A stretch of DNA of 64,000 nt from Acidobacteriota bacterium (GTDB taxonomy: Bacteria > Acidobacteriota > Terriglobia > Bryobacterales > Bryobacteraceae), in contig JAPKYX010000193.1 of the NCBI GenBank assembly GCA_026394075.1, positions 3,053 through 67,052 on the forward strand, written 5' to 3'. Positions within the stretch are counted from its first letter, which is position 1; each line of letters starts with the position of its first letter. Position numbers and translations under genes: made by a program. The notes below the pieces were generated by a model. That model was not told the origin of the DNA and did no database searches. It saw nothing but the letters and a program-made list of their open reading frames with translations. Below, piece after piece: positions 27,733 through 38,574 of the stretch.

Positions 27733-29997
27733 TTACAGTTCCGACATCGTGGCGCCCGGGAATAGAGGCAGTGAGCGCTTGCGTTGCCCGGTCAGCTTGT
27801 AGTACGCGTTGGCCAGTGCCGGAGCAAACGTGGGTACGCCCAGTTCGCCGACGCCGCCAATGCTCAACGAACGGTCCGCTGCCGTGGGGTTGGGCATGAT
27901 CTTCACCGATACCTGCGGCATCTCGCCTTGGCGGATCATGCGGCTGCGGTTGAAGTTTTTGGCCTGGGCCGCACCCTTGACGAAGGTCTGCTGTCCCCAG
28001 AGCGCGGCGTTCAGGCCGTGGACGATGCCACCCTGCAATTGCGCCTCAACCTGCCCGGGGTTCACCGATAGGTAGCAATCAAGGGCGATCGATACCTTGT
28101 TGACCTTCAGGCCCGTGGCGGTGACGTTTGAGATCTCCACCACCTGGGCCACGATGCTGTTGAATGCCGTGCCGATGGCGATGCCCCGGGCGTGTCCGGC
28201 GGGGGGAAGCGTGCTCCACCCGGCCAGATCCGCCGCCGCATCCAGCACCGCGATCCAGCGCGGCAGTGTCAGCTTGGCCCGGCGGAACATGTAGGGATCC
28301 TGCCCGGCGGCGAAGGCCAGTTCGTCGATCAGCGATTCGACGCCGAAGGTGTTCAGCGACGCTCCAACGCTGCGCCAGAAGCCCACGGGGATGGGAGAAG
28401 GATGAGAGACCCACTCCACCACGTGGGGTCCGAAGTTGTAAGGCAGGTCATTGGCACCTTCAATGCCTTGGCTGTCGCCTTTGGGGCCGAGCACGCTGCC
28501 GCGCTGGCCGAGCAGGGAGGGCGACACATTGCGATAGGAAAAGCCGACAAAGTTGCCGGCGTTGTCCAGACCAGCCCGGCCCCGGATCACCGCCATCGGC
28601 CGGTACTGGTCCCGCGTGAAGTCCTCTTCGCGCGGCCACATCAGCTTCACCGGCTTGCCCACCGCCATCGCCACTTGGATGGCCTGGCTGACAAAGTCCG
28701 ATTCCCATTTGCGGCCCAGGCCGCCGCCCAAGTACATGGTGTGGACGATGATCTTGTCCGCCGTCAGGCCGGTGATCGCCATCGCGAGTTGTAGAACGGC
28801 TTTGCCCCCTTGCGTGGGTGCCCAGATTTCGCAACTGGTCCCGGCCACATAGCTGACGGTGCAATTCAGCACTTCCATGCAAGCGTGGGCGACGTAGGGC
28901 AGGGTGTAGGTGGCATCGATGATCTTGGCCGCGCCGGCCAGGGCCGTATTGGTGGATGCGGCATCGCCTTCCACCGTGTAGAGCGTTCCCGGTGCGTTGG
29001 CCCCGCCCGCGACATAGGCCGGAGCTGCGAGAGCCAGATCTTTGCCGGTGGCAACGAATGCGGCGTCGTTCCAGTTGGTGGCCGCCGCCGGGATGTTCCA
29101 GGAGACACTCATCCGCCTGGCCGCCTGCCAGGTGTCCCAAGTATTCGGACCCACGACAGCCACCGCGTTCACGGCATCAGCGACTTCGGTGCCGCGTCCC
29201 GTTCCCGCCCAGACCTTGGTGGGCACCACCGTCAGCATGCCCGAGGGGGTGGCCGGCAGCGTCTTCATCGTGCCGCCAAACGTGGGGCAATGCTTGATCA
29301 CCGCGTAGACCATGCCAGGGACGCGCACATCCAGGCCATACTTGGCGCTGCCATCCACCTTGGCGGGGATGTCCTGGCGCGGCATCGTTTTGCCGATCAG
29401 CCGGAACTGGCTGTCAGGGACCAGCGCGGCCACCGTCGGAGGCGTCAGCAGTGCCGCGGCGGCAGCCAAACTGCCATAACTCAGCTGCGTGTTGGTGGTC
29501 GCGTGGGTGACGATGCCGGCTGCCACTGTGTAATTGGAGCGAGTCTGGTCACCCTTGGAATTCATCGCCGCCTGCACCAGCGTTTCGCGGGCGATCGCCG
29601 CGGCATCGCGCATCTTCCAAAAGTTGGTCCGCGTGACGCTGGAGCCTACCGTGTTGATCGAGTTGCCCACCGGTGCCACCGGGGCCACGCTCGGCACGCC
29701 CTGCACGGTTTTGATGCGGGCGTAATCCACCATCAGATCTTCGGCGAGAATCTGCGCCAGGCCGGAAAAGGAGCCCTGGCCCATCTCGGAGGAGCCAATC
29801 GTCAAGGTGATCGTTCCGTCGGTAGCGACATTCAGCCAGGCATTCACTTGCCCCAGCGTCGCCCCTTCCGCTTCCGCGATGCGCGAAAACTCCGGTACGA
29901 CAAAGCTGAGCGTGAAACCCCCGGCGACGGCGGAGATGAAGCCACGGCGGCCGACGGTGGCCGGAGCGGGAGTGGGAGTGATGGGTGAAGTAGACAT
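27733..29997 (-). CDS. Molybdopterin-binding subunit of xanthine dehydrogenase-family oxidoreductase (IorB/aldehyde oxidase-like), TAT leader
   Basis: 754 aa with GRRGFISAVAGG leader. GSSEMGQGSFSGLAQILAEDL and GGGLGRK blocks. Confidence 0.85.
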   Translation of the reverse strand: MSTSPITPTPAPATVGRRGFISAVAGGFTLSFVVPEFSRIAEAEGATLGQVNAWLNVATDGTITLTIGSSEMGQGSFSGLAQILAEDLMVDYARIKTVQGVPSVAPVAPVGNSINTVGSSVTRTNFWKMRDAAAIARETLVQAAMNSKGDQTRSNYTVAAGIVTHATTNTQLSYGSLAAAAALLTPPTVAALVPDSQFRLIGKTMPRQDIPAKVDGSAKYGLDVRVPGMVYAVIKHCPTFGGTMKTLPATPSGMLTVVPTKVWAGTGRGTEVADAVNAVAVVGPNTWDTWQAARRMSVSWNIPAAATNWNDAAFVATGKDLALAAPAYVAGGANAPGTLYTVEGDAASTNTALAGAAKIIDATYTLPYVAHACMEVLNCTVSYVAGTSCEIWAPTQGGKAVLQLAMAITGLTADKIIVHTMYLGGGLGRKWESDFVSQAIQVAMAVGKPVKLMWPREEDFTRDQYRPMAVIRGRAGLDNAGNFVGFSYRNVSPSLLGQRGSVLGPKGDSQGIEGANDLPYNFGPHVVEWVSHPSPIPVGFWRSVGASLNTFGVESLIDELAFAAGQDPYMFRRAKLTLPRWIAVLDAAADLAGWSTLPPAGHARGIAIGTAFNSIVAQVVEISNVTATGLKVNKVSIALDCYLSVNPGQVEAQLQGGIVHGLNAALWGQQTFVKGAAQAKNFNRSRMIRQGEMPQVSVKIMPNPTAADRSLSIGGVGELGVPTFAPALANAYYKLTGQRKRSLPLFPGATMSEL

Positions 29998-30024
29998 GGT
30001 GATGGTATTCCTCGCTCGGCTTGG

Positions 30025-30462
30025 TTAAAGGGCTTTGACGGCTTCTTTCATGCGCTGATAAGTGCCGCAGACACAGAGGTTCTGTACCTCGGACATGATC
30101 TGGCTGCCGCGGTGGCCGGCCTTCATCGCGCAGGCCACCGACATCAGCACGCCGGACTGGCAGAAACCACATTGGGGCACTTGGTTGGCAATCCAGGCCT
30201 TTTGTGCCGGATGGCTTTGGTTGGCCGAGAGCCCTTCGATGGTCACGATCTTTTTGCCCACCGCTGAGGTGACGTCCATGTCGCAGGAGCGCTCCGGCTG
30301 TCCGTCCACCATGACGGTACAGGCACCGCAGACTTCGATGCCGCAGCCGTACTTGGTCCCCGTCAAGCCCAGCAGGTCCCGCAGGACCCACAGCAACGGC
30401 ATGTTGCCGTCACTCACCGTCACCGTCTGGTTGATGCCATTCACATTGAGTTGCAGTGTCAC
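30025..30462 (-). CDS. [2Fe-2S]-binding small subunit (IorA-like)
   Basis: 145 aa. GTKYGCGIEVCGACTV and QCGFCQSG cysteine clusters. Confidence 0.9.
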   Translation of the reverse strand: MTLQLNVNGINQTVTVSDGNMPLLWVLRDLLGLTGTKYGCGIEVCGACTVMVDGQPERSCDMDVTSAVGKKIVTIEGLSANQSHPAQKAWIANQVPQCGFCQSGVLMSVACAMKAGHRGSQIMSEVQNLCVCGTYQRMKEAVKAL

Positions 30463-30661
30463 AAAATCGCTCCGTTGGTCCGGCGCCGCGTTGTTTACTT
30501 TGGGCGAGCGTCCGTCAACTGTGAAGGGTTGCAGCGGGGGAGATCAATATAGCCGGGGCGATTTTTTGTTGCGGGTATGCGGCTGGCTGGAGCGTGGTGG
30601 TGCCAAGGGAGATGGCCCCGCGCTCACGCACGGGATGGTCGGCCTTAGGCGTTAGGCTGGG

Positions 30662-31993
30662 CTAATTCTTGAGGATGTACTGGAGTGATCGCACTAGATC
30701 CAAGCGTCCATCACCCATGTCCTGGTTGATGCGGACGCCAGAGTCGAAGGCGTCCTGCAGGCGGCCGAAGGTGGTGCCGGGCCGTTGCTCCAGCACTAAG
30801 GCAGCCGCCCCGGAGGCGAGCGCGGAGCTAAAGCTGGTGCCCCACACACCGGCGTACGTGGCTCCTGGAAACGTCGTCACTAAAGCTTCGCCGGGCGCAG
30901 AGGTGCGGGCGTCGCGCCCATAGTTTGAGAACGGGCTGCGGCGATCAGAAAAGTTGGTGGAACCCACGCCGATCACCTTCGGCAAGGAGGCCGGGAAGAC
31001 CGGTGTTTCCTTGCCCGCATTGCCCGCTGAGGCCAGGCAGATGACGCCCTTGCTGGTGGCATAGTCAATGGCCGCCTGCAGTTGAGGAGAGCTCTGGGCA
31101 AAGCCGAAGCTCATGTTGATCACCGTCGCACCATGGTCGACGGCGTAGCGGATCGCGCGGACCACGTTGTAGAGCGACGCCGTGCCATCGGCCTGGAAAG
31201 CCTTCAGGGGCAGAATCATTGATCGTGGGGCCACGAGATGCACCAAGCCGGCCACCATCGTGCCGTGCCCAAAGGCGGAGGGCAGTCCGCCGCCATCCAA
31301 AATCTCGACCGTGGATTGGTTCAGGATGGCCACAGTGGACGGATTGAGCCGGACAACCTTGTTCGAATCGAGGATTTCTACTGTTGACTGGCTGAGCCGC
31401 GCCGCCAGCGACAGCGGCAGATCGCTGTATTCGTCGACCGTATCGACGCGGTCCCGGGTAAAGTCAAAGCCCGGCAGCAGGGAGCCACGCAGGGCCGGGT
31501 GCGCGAAGTCAACGCCCGTGTCGATAATGGCGACGATGCTGCGTCCGGCACCAAACCGGCGGTGCGCTTCGTCGGTGCGGATAATGGCCGCAGCCGGTTG
31601 CAAGAGATATCCGGCTTGGACTTGATTGCCATAGAAGGGCAGCTTCAATCTCAATGGGAACCAGGGCCCCAGTACCTGCAGCGTGGGCGCGGCCGAATTC
31701 TCGGCTTCTGGCGCACGGACAACCTGCTCGGCTTCCACTTGCCGGACACCCGGTTCGCTCGCCAACTGCTTGAGTAACGCGGCGCTGAGAGCGGCCGGTG
31801 CCGAGACGGCGAGTTCGGTCTCGGTGGCATTGGCCGACGAACGGATCACCGCCAAGCCGTAGCGCGCCAGCAAGGGGGTCGCAGAAGCGCCCGGAGCCAG
31901 CTCCAGGAGATACCGGACCTCGGCGCAAGCCGGAAGTACCACCAGACAAGCGAGGCTGAGCGCTCTTGCGCAGCCCCAAAACGAACGTTTCAT
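30662..31993 (-). CDS. S8 (subtilisin) family serine peptidase, secreted
   Basis: Catalytic triad contexts AIIDTGVD, GHGTMVAG and GTSFSSALASG. Has a signal peptide. The start abuts the stop of the upstream gene. Confidence 0.9.
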   Translation of the reverse strand: MKRSFWGCARALSLACLVVLPACAEVRYLLELAPGASATPLLARYGLAVIRSSANATETELAVSAPAALSAALLKQLASEPGVRQVEAEQVVRAPEAENSAAPTLQVLGPWFPLRLKLPFYGNQVQAGYLLQPAAAIIRTDEAHRRFGAGRSIVAIIDTGVDFAHPALRGSLLPGFDFTRDRVDTVDEYSDLPLSLAARLSQSTVEILDSNKVVRLNPSTVAILNQSTVEILDGGGLPSAFGHGTMVAGLVHLVAPRSMILPLKAFQADGTASLYNVVRAIRYAVDHGATVINMSFGFAQSSPQLQAAIDYATSKGVICLASAGNAGKETPVFPASLPKVIGVGSTNFSDRRSPFSNYGRDARTSAPGEALVTTFPGATYAGVWGTSFSSALASGAAALVLEQRPGTTFGRLQDAFDSGVRINQDMGDGRLDLVRSLQYILKN

Positions 31994-32659
31994 CTAAACC
32001 CCTCCGACCTCAAGCTGCCGGCGGTTGCCCTCCAGGGGCAAATCGATTCGGCGCTCCTGGTCACGGAATACCAGGCGCAACGTCGATCGCTTCCTTGCCG
32101 GAAAGTTGAGTATGAATTCGCCAAAGCGGTTGGTGGTGGTTTCCCCCACGGGGCGGCCGCTCTGTATGCACTGTACCAGGACGCCTTCCGCGGAGCCACT
32201 GCTGGTATTGCCCAGCTGCCCGACCACCTCTCCCGCCACATCCGTCGGATACTCCAGGGTGAGGTCCACGGTGTAGTCTCCCGCTCGATAACTCTGCTTG
32301 CGGCCGCTCGACGGAGCGGAAACGGCGCGTACCCCTGCCGGTTGCCACTCCAGCGGCTGATCGAGGATCAGCACGGCCCGGATCTGCTTCAGCCGCCGGG
32401 TCCAGCCGGTATCGGCGGTGGCGCGATCAAACAAAGCGACGGCACCCATCGTTAGTTCCGGGGGCACCTGGAGATTTGAGTCAGCCGCGGCTGATTGGAC
32501 CACTTGTTGCAACCAGCGCACACTGGCCTGACAGTCCGGACAGCCGGAATCCAGATGCTGCTGCATCGCCGACGCGTCCAGAGGCGACGCAGTCCCGCGG
32601 ACAAAGTCCGCCCACTGCCCGTCGCCGAAGTGGGTGTTCCTGGCGGAGAACGTATTCAT
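31994..32659 (-). CDS. Putative zinc-finger anti-sigma-like protein with CarboxypepD_reg-like C-terminus (no TM segment seen)
   Basis: HLDSGCPDC is a near-ZAS H-x-C-x2-C motif. The C-terminal GEVVGQL...GVLVQCIQSGRPVGETTTNRFGEFILNF looks like a beta-sandwich. Position in the ECF operon supports the call. Start at MNTFSARN. Confidence 0.5.
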   Translation of the reverse strand: MNTFSARNTHFGDGQWADFVRGTASPLDASAMQQHLDSGCPDCQASVRWLQQVVQSAAADSNLQVPPELTMGAVALFDRATADTGWTRRLKQIRAVLILDQPLEWQPAGVRAVSAPSSGRKQSYRAGDYTVDLTLEYPTDVAGEVVGQLGNTSSGSAEGVLVQCIQSGRPVGETTTNRFGEFILNFPARKRSTLRLVFRDQERRIDLPLEGNRRQLEVGGV

Positions 32660-32744
32660 GCATCCCTCTTCAAGCTCAGTTCCGGAGCACACACTGCACG
32701 CCGTACTACTGACTTAGGGTAGCGGGCACGCCCAAAAATATAGC

Positions 32745-35558
32745 TCATCTTAGGGAAATCTCCTCTGTGCCCGCCTGAGCAGGCAGGCGGAAGGTAACCG
32801 ATGGGTCACCCACAACGGTAAAGGCGGCCCAATCGCGAGGTTCGGCGCGCTCTGCGCGTAGCGCCAGCATCGCTTCCCGCGCGGCCGCGGCCACGGGAGC
32901 GCCCGCGGAGAACGCCGCGTAAAAGTGCGTCATCCACGCCCGGGCCGCCGCGTCGTCCACGGCCCATAAAGCCACCATCAGGCTGCGAACTCCCGCCGCC
33001 AGACAAGCCCGCAATAGCCCCAGTAGTTCATCACCCGCCACTGGAACGGACTTTCCGGAGTTGCAGGCGCTCAAGGTCATCAGGTCGATCCCCAACTGCT
33101 GTTGGGCCAGGCTCACCATCGTCAAGGGACCATCCGCCAACTGCAGCGCTGAGAACAGCGGGTTGTCACGCCGGAACAGTCCGTGAGCGGCCAGATGCAG
33201 CACTGAAGCTTTCGGTGCGGAGATGCGGAACTGTTCCAACGTCGCCTCCGGGCCGACAAACAGCCTCGATCCCGGAAGAGCGCTGGCCACGCCTCGCGCC
33301 TCCGCCTCCATTTGCGGGGCGGCGGCATCCGGGGCGGCAAAGACCACCGGGTGCCCGGCCTCCGGCACCACCGCCGCGCGCAGTCGGGATAGCACGCTGG
33401 CATTGGGCGACAGCGAGACGGAGTAGCGTTCAATCAGCTGCTCCCCATTGCGGTGCAGGGCCGCAAACGGAATCCCGTGCAGTACCCCGTGGGGCGCAAA
33501 GATGAGGTGGCCCGAAGGCGGCAGATCGGCCAGAACCGGGGCCACCAGCCCCTCAAACAGGGTCTCCAAATGATGCGGAGCCGCGTCAGCAGTGCGCCCC
33601 GGCCCCAGGCTCAACTGAAACTGCAACAGCTTGGCGGCCTGCCGCAAAGGTGCCACGGGTCCCAGTCGCACGGCCCGGAAGCTCTCGCGCTGGAGAAGGA
33701 AAAGGTAGAGGATGCCGCGTGCTTCGTAGTATTCCAGCAGCGCTTCGGTGGGCTGCAACGAAGCCTGCAGGCGCTGCCGAGCGTCGCTCGCCAAGCCGAG
33801 TGTGGTGCCGCTGGCTTCGGCCGGCAGCGCCGCTTCGATCTGGGCAACGCGCTCGCTCAGCCGCCCGTGCAGCGCCGTTTGTCCCGCCAGCGTGGAGCGA
33901 TCGATCTGGCGGTGCAATCCGCGCAAGTCTCTCGCCGTGTCACCACCTGGTGCCTCCGGCGACGTCAGCCACGAATCGCTCAGCCGGTCGGCCAGCGTGC
34001 GGGATTTCGCTTGCTCCACGCAAGCCAGGGCCGCGTCCATGGCTTCGGCCGTGGGCTGACCTTCCAGACGCAACGTCACCAGTGCCTCATAGACGGCCAG
34101 CTTGTCGGCCAGGATCGAGATGCGCAGATCTTCTGAATCCAAGCGGCTCCGCATCTGTTCAATCTCGCGGCGGGCCAACTCATAAGCCGCAATCGCCTCC
34201 GCCGGGCGGCCCTGTAGCTCGTGGATCTCCCCTTCCACTACGCGGGCATGGAAGCGGATCGACGGAGATGCCTCCGACCCGGGGCGCGCCAGCGCTTCGC
34301 GGAGAGCGGTGCGGGCTTGATCAGGCTGCCCGGCGCGCAGGGAAAGCCGGGCCAGCAGGATCTGTCCATAGGCCGCCCGGCCCGGAATGCGGGCATGGAC
34401 CAGGCGGCGTGAAGCTGATCGGCTTAGCCGTTGTGCCGCCGGAGTCCGGCCCGCGTGATAGGCCAATACCGCCCGTAGTTGATCGGCCAGCGCGGTCCAG
34501 ATAACGTTCTTCTCGCAGACAAACAAGCGTCGCGCCGCACGCAGAGTTTGGTCCGCTTGCTCCTGGTTGCCCCGCTGGCTGAGCGCGATGGCCTGGCTGA
34601 CCAACGCCTTAGCCTGCTCATACGGCATCTTCAGCTGGGCGAAGGCACCCGCCGCGCGCCGGGCCATCGCCTCGCCTTCGGCCAGGAGGTTCAGCTCCAG
34701 ATAAAGCTCGGCTTCATCGAGATCACACAGCGCCGCATGATACGCATCCCCGGCCTGTTGGCAAAGCCCGCGCGTAATGTCGTAGAGCCGCCGCGCGGCA
34801 CTGTAATCGCCCCGCAGATAGTGCAGGTAGGCGCGGTTGTAGTCGGCTCGGGCGGCGATACGGATCAGCCCGGCATCGACACAACATTCATGGGCGCGCT
34901 CATAGTGGCGGTCCGCTTCGCGGTAGAGGCCCAGGCTGGTGCTGGAGACCGCGAGGTTGCTGAACGTGGCCGCGATATCACGAGCGTCGCCCAACTCCAG
35001 AAATCCATCGAGGGCGGCCTGGTAGTGGCGGATCGCCTCATCCGGCCGGTCCCGGCGGAAGTGGATGTTGCCGATGTTGGTTTCCAGCCGCGCCAGACGC
35101 AGCCGGTCATGCTCTTGTTCGAATATAGCCCGGGCTTGCTCCGCCAATTGCTCCGCGAGTTCGTAGTGGCCCAGATAACTGTGTGACTGCAGACTGCTGG
35201 AAAGTGTTCGGCCCACCTCCGCGTGCGCTCCGACGGCAGCAAACAACTGTCCCGCTTCGTCATAGGCTTCGGCCGCCCGCTGATAGTTGGCCCGCAGGTA
35301 GGCCAAGTGCCCCACGGATCGCAGCGCGTAGGCGAGTGACATTGGGTCACCGTCGCAGGCGGCCCAAATCTCACCCGCCTCCGCCAAGCGAATCGCTCGC
35401 TCGAAATCTCGATAGATCGCCGCCGCCACGCCCGCATGGATCTGCGCCGCCGCGTCTGCAGCCGGAAAGCCGTCTTGCGCGAAGATCGCCTGACACTCCT
35501 CGGGGCTGAGGGCCTGGGCCAGTGCCTCCAACCACGACATGTCGCGGACAGGGCTCAT
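32745..35558 (-). CDS. TPR-repeat / CHAT-domain (caspase-like) protein
   Basis: The N-terminal two-thirds carries many TPR-like A..Y..A helices. The C-terminal CHAT shows His/Cys contexts VLHLAAHG and LMTLSACNSG. ATG 35558 is in ATGA overlap with the sigma factor stop. Confidence 0.8.
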   Translation of the reverse strand: MSPVRDMSWLEALAQALSPEECQAIFAQDGFPAADAAAQIHAGVAAAIYRDFERAIRLAEAGEIWAACDGDPMSLAYALRSVGHLAYLRANYQRAAEAYDEAGQLFAAVGAHAEVGRTLSSSLQSHSYLGHYELAEQLAEQARAIFEQEHDRLRLARLETNIGNIHFRRDRPDEAIRHYQAALDGFLELGDARDIAATFSNLAVSSTSLGLYREADRHYERAHECCVDAGLIRIAARADYNRAYLHYLRGDYSAARRLYDITRGLCQQAGDAYHAALCDLDEAELYLELNLLAEGEAMARRAAGAFAQLKMPYEQAKALVSQAIALSQRGNQEQADQTLRAARRLFVCEKNVIWTALADQLRAVLAYHAGRTPAAQRLSRSASRRLVHARIPGRAAYGQILLARLSLRAGQPDQARTALREALARPGSEASPSIRFHARVVEGEIHELQGRPAEAIAAYELARREIEQMRSRLDSEDLRISILADKLAVYEALVTLRLEGQPTAEAMDAALACVEQAKSRTLADRLSDSWLTSPEAPGGDTARDLRGLHRQIDRSTLAGQTALHGRLSERVAQIEAALPAEASGTTLGLASDARQRLQASLQPTEALLEYYEARGILYLFLLQRESFRAVRLGPVAPLRQAAKLLQFQLSLGPGRTADAAPHHLETLFEGLVAPVLADLPPSGHLIFAPHGVLHGIPFAALHRNGEQLIERYSVSLSPNASVLSRLRAAVVPEAGHPVVFAAPDAAAPQMEAEARGVASALPGSRLFVGPEATLEQFRISAPKASVLHLAAHGLFRRDNPLFSALQLADGPLTMVSLAQQQLGIDLMTLSACNSGKSVPVAGDELLGLLRACLAAGVRSLMVALWAVDDAAARAWMTHFYAAFSAGAPVAAAAREAMLALRAERAEPRDWAAFTVVGDPSVTFRLPAQAGTEEISLR

Positions 35559-36115
35559 CCGTGCAGCTCCATCAATTGCCGGAGCTTCTTCAAACAACGT
35601 CCCCGGATAAAGCCGATGGAGCCTTCGGCCAAGCCCAGCTCCCGCGCCACGTCGGCATAAGTGCGCGGTGGCGTGTCGAAGAACAACATCTGGATCATCT
35701 GGCGGCAGCGATCCGGCAGTTGATGCAGGGCGTCTCGCAAAAGTTGATCGCGTTCGGCTTCCAGGCGGATCTGTTCGGCATCGCGGCGGAGGTCGGGGAT
35801 GGTGTCGCTGGGTTCTGATCCGGCGGGCAGCCAGCGCTTCTTCAGCAGCAGGCAGCGTCGGGAAGCGGCTGTGATCAGCCAGCCCCGCACGGCATTCGGT
35901 TGCTCCAGGCGGTCAAGATCGCGATAGAGATCCACCCAGACCCCCTGGAAGACATCGGCCGCGTCTTCCGGCAACAGGCGATATTTCGCAGGCACCGAAT
36001 AGACCAGCCGCTGATACTTCTCGACCAACAGTTGCCAGGCCGCCTGGTTACCCGCCCGGCAGGCCGTGATCAGTGCCTCATCCGACGACGCTACAGTTAA
36101 CCGTCCCTGCCCCAT
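35555..36115 (-). CDS. ECF-type sigma-70 family RNA polymerase sigma factor
   Basis: 186 aa. Region 2 DAADVFQGVWVDLY and region 4 YADVARELGLAEGSIGFIRGRCLKKLR. Confidence 0.9.
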   Translation of the reverse strand: MGQGRLTVASSDEALITACRAGNQAAWQLLVEKYQRLVYSVPAKYRLLPEDAADVFQGVWVDLYRDLDRLEQPNAVRGWLITAASRRCLLLKKRWLPAGSEPSDTIPDLRRDAEQIRLEAERDQLLRDALHQLPDRCRQMIQMLFFDTPPRTYADVARELGLAEGSIGFIRGRCLKKLRQLMELHG

Positions 36116-37773
36116 CAGCGTTTAGTGTCCGGCCTCAGATACAGTTCCTCGACGTTCCACAACGCGGGATGATCCAGCACCGCCGGGCGGAAGTTTCCGA
36201 CGCGCCGCTGGGCGACCAGGACATTCGGGCTCACCAGAAAGATCATCGGCTGCTCACGCGCCACAATCTGCTGCACCTGATCGTACAGCCGCTTCCGGGC
36301 CGCGTGGTTGACGGTCACCATCTGCGCGCTCATCAGACGGTCCAGTTCGGCTTCCCATGGAAGCGACGGTTGCTGCTGACCCGGATTCCACAAGTGCATC
36401 GCCCCGGAGCTTCGCCAGACGCCCATCTCGGGATTCGGGTCCGCGTCTCCCATGCCGCCCAGCCCCAAGAGACACGTGTCAAACTGCCGGGTCTTCAGTA
36501 CGCGATCAAGAACCGAACGGAACTCCGCCGGTGCCACCGTCACCGCAATCCCCAGCGCCTTCCAGTCATCCTGCAGCAGCGTCGCCATCTGCTGACGCTC
36601 CGCGCTGCTGGCGCTCACCAGGATCGAGAAGGCGACGGGCGAGCCCGCCGCATCGAGCAGCGAGCCCTCGTTCGACCACGTGAACCCGGCCGCCCGCAGC
36701 TGCTCTCGCGCCGCTGCAATGGAGCGGGCCGGCTGCGGCATACCGGTCCGGAACCAGAGCTTGTTGCCCGGGCTGACATGCCCCCACAGCGCCGTCGCAT
36801 GGCCGCGATAGGCCAGCTTCACCATCGCCTCCCGGTCGACCGCGCGCGAAAGCGCTTGCCGGAAGGCCACTTGGCCGAACCACTTCAGCTTCGGATTTCC
36901 GGGCGTCAGGTTGAGGCACAGGAAGTTGTATTCGAGGCTCGACCCCAGATCAGAGAACTCCACGCCGGGTTGCGCCCGCAGGAACTCCGCGGCCTTGGCG
37001 CTAGGGCGGCTGAGAAGGTCCAGATCGCCCGCCACAAAGCGCGCCAACTGCAGATCTTCATCCGGCAGAACCTTGAACTCCAGACCATCCAGATACGGCA
37101 GCGTCTCGCCACCGGACCTTTTCCAGTAGTAGGGGTTCCGTTCCAGCACCACGGCTTCGCCCGGCCGGTACTGCTTCAACCGGAACGGCCCCAATCCGGC
37201 GACCGATGAAGGCGAGGCGGTCAGCGGCCAAGCGTCACGAAGCTTGCCGGACTTCCAGGCGGTCTCCAACTGGTGGCGCGGCAGCATGGCCACCGAATCG
37301 AACAATCGCTCCGCGGCGGCGTAAGGTGCGGGCAGGGTGAATTCCACCGTCAGTGGTCCGGTTTGGCGAACCACGATTGGTTTGCCGTCGATCGTCAGCA
37401 GATCCCGCTGCGGCGCGCCCAGCTTCTCGTCCTGATAGACCGCGAATGAGAAGACGACATCGGCAGCGCCGAACGGTGCGCCATCGGAAAAGCGCAGCCC
37501 GGGCCGCAGTTGCAGCGTGTAGCGGTTGCCGGAAACGGTCCAGGAACTGGCCAGTGACGGGACGGTCTGTTGCGAACGGCGGTCAATCGAGATCAGGTCC
37601 GCATGAAGGCGCCGCAAAACGTCGCGTGAAGGAGCATCCACCGCCGTCACCGGATTCAGCGTCTTCGGTTCGGCCCGCAAGGCAACCCGCAAGATACCGC
37701 CGCGCTGGGGTGCAGACTGTACAGCCGGCTGGGCAGCGAGCAAGAGCAGGGAACAGACGCTCACCAGCAACAT
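36115..37773 (-). CDS. ABC transporter substrate-binding protein, family 5 (peptide/nickel type)
   Basis: 552 aa with a signal peptide. GGILRVALRAEPKTLNP opening and NPYYWK motif. The stop shares 1 nt with the sigma factor start. Confidence 0.85.
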   Translation of the reverse strand: MLLVSVCSLLLLAAQPAVQSAPQRGGILRVALRAEPKTLNPVTAVDAPSRDVLRRLHADLISIDRRSQQTVPSLASSWTVSGNRYTLQLRPGLRFSDGAPFGAADVVFSFAVYQDEKLGAPQRDLLTIDGKPIVVRQTGPLTVEFTLPAPYAAAERLFDSVAMLPRHQLETAWKSGKLRDAWPLTASPSSVAGLGPFRLKQYRPGEAVVLERNPYYWKRSGGETLPYLDGLEFKVLPDEDLQLARFVAGDLDLLSRPSAKAAEFLRAQPGVEFSDLGSSLEYNFLCLNLTPGNPKLKWFGQVAFRQALSRAVDREAMVKLAYRGHATALWGHVSPGNKLWFRTGMPQPARSIAAAREQLRAAGFTWSNEGSLLDAAGSPVAFSILVSASSAERQQMATLLQDDWKALGIAVTVAPAEFRSVLDRVLKTRQFDTCLLGLGGMGDADPNPEMGVWRSSGAMHLWNPGQQQPSLPWEAELDRLMSAQMVTVNHAARKRLYDQVQQIVAREQPMIFLVSPNVLVAQRRVGNFRPAVLDHPALWNVEELYLRPDTKR

Positions 37774-37779
37774 CGACCC

Positions 37780-38574
37780 TCATCTTACGCCGTTTGTACT
37801 CTTCCTCGCCAACAGGCTGAAAACGGCAAAGAAAACCGCCACCAGCAGTGCCGGCAATGCCACCCACCATTCCCGTGGCAACATCCAGGCCTGCTTCAGT
37901 GGCACCAGCAGCGCACCCCAACTCGGTGCCGGTTCGGCCACGCCCAGTCCCAACAAGGAAAGGGTCACGTCCAGCAGGACAAATCGTGGGAACAGCACCA
38001 GCCACTGGGTAAACAGCAAGGGCAGCGTTCCGGGCAAGACATGGCGCCACCAGATCACGGGTCCGGGCACGCCAAATCCACGTGCGGCTTCCACATAGCC
38101 CCGCTCTTTCAGCCCGAGCACCATGCCCCGCACCAACCTGGCCGGACGCGCCCAGCTGACTGCCGCCACCGCCAGCAGCAGCACAGCGGCGGCGGTCCGC
38201 GGCGGTGTTTCCAAGGGCAGCAAGGCCCGGATCGCCAGCAGCAAGTAAAGCCAGGGCAGCACCAGACACACCTCCGCCACTCGCATCAGCACCAGATCCG
38301 CCGCTCCGCCCCACCAGCCAGCGGCGCTGCCGACGATCCACCCCAGCCCCAGCGTCGCCGCCGCCGCGGCCGCCCCAGCTAGCACCGACCATCGCCCTCC
38401 GGCCAGAAACCGCGAAGCTACGTCGCGTCCATAGCCATCCGTGCCGAACCAATGCTGGACTGAAGGGGCGGCGTTGGCCTCCTCGCGCTGCTGCTTCGCC
38501 GGGTCATAGGGGGTGAGGCTTCCGGCGGCGACCAGAAGTAGCAGCAACCCCGCCAGACATGCCCGAGCGCTCAT
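37780..38574 (-). CDS. ABC transporter permease (DppC/OppC-like)
   Basis: Start MSARACLAGL is in ATGA overlap with the upstream permease stop. HWFGTDGYGRD motif and multiple TM helices. The ORF-track extension to 39138 lies inside the neighbouring gene. Confidence 0.85.
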   Translation of the reverse strand: MSARACLAGLLLLLVAAGSLTPYDPAKQQREEANAAPSVQHWFGTDGYGRDVASRFLAGGRWSVLAGAAAAAATLGLGWIVGSAAGWWGGAADLVLMRVAEVCLVLPWLYLLLAIRALLPLETPPRTAAAVLLLAVAAVSWARPARLVRGMVLGLKERGYVEAARGFGVPGPVIWWRHVLPGTLPLLFTQWLVLFPRFVLLDVTLSLLGLGVAEPAPSWGALLVPLKQAWMLPREWWVALPALLVAVFFAVFSLLARKSTNGVR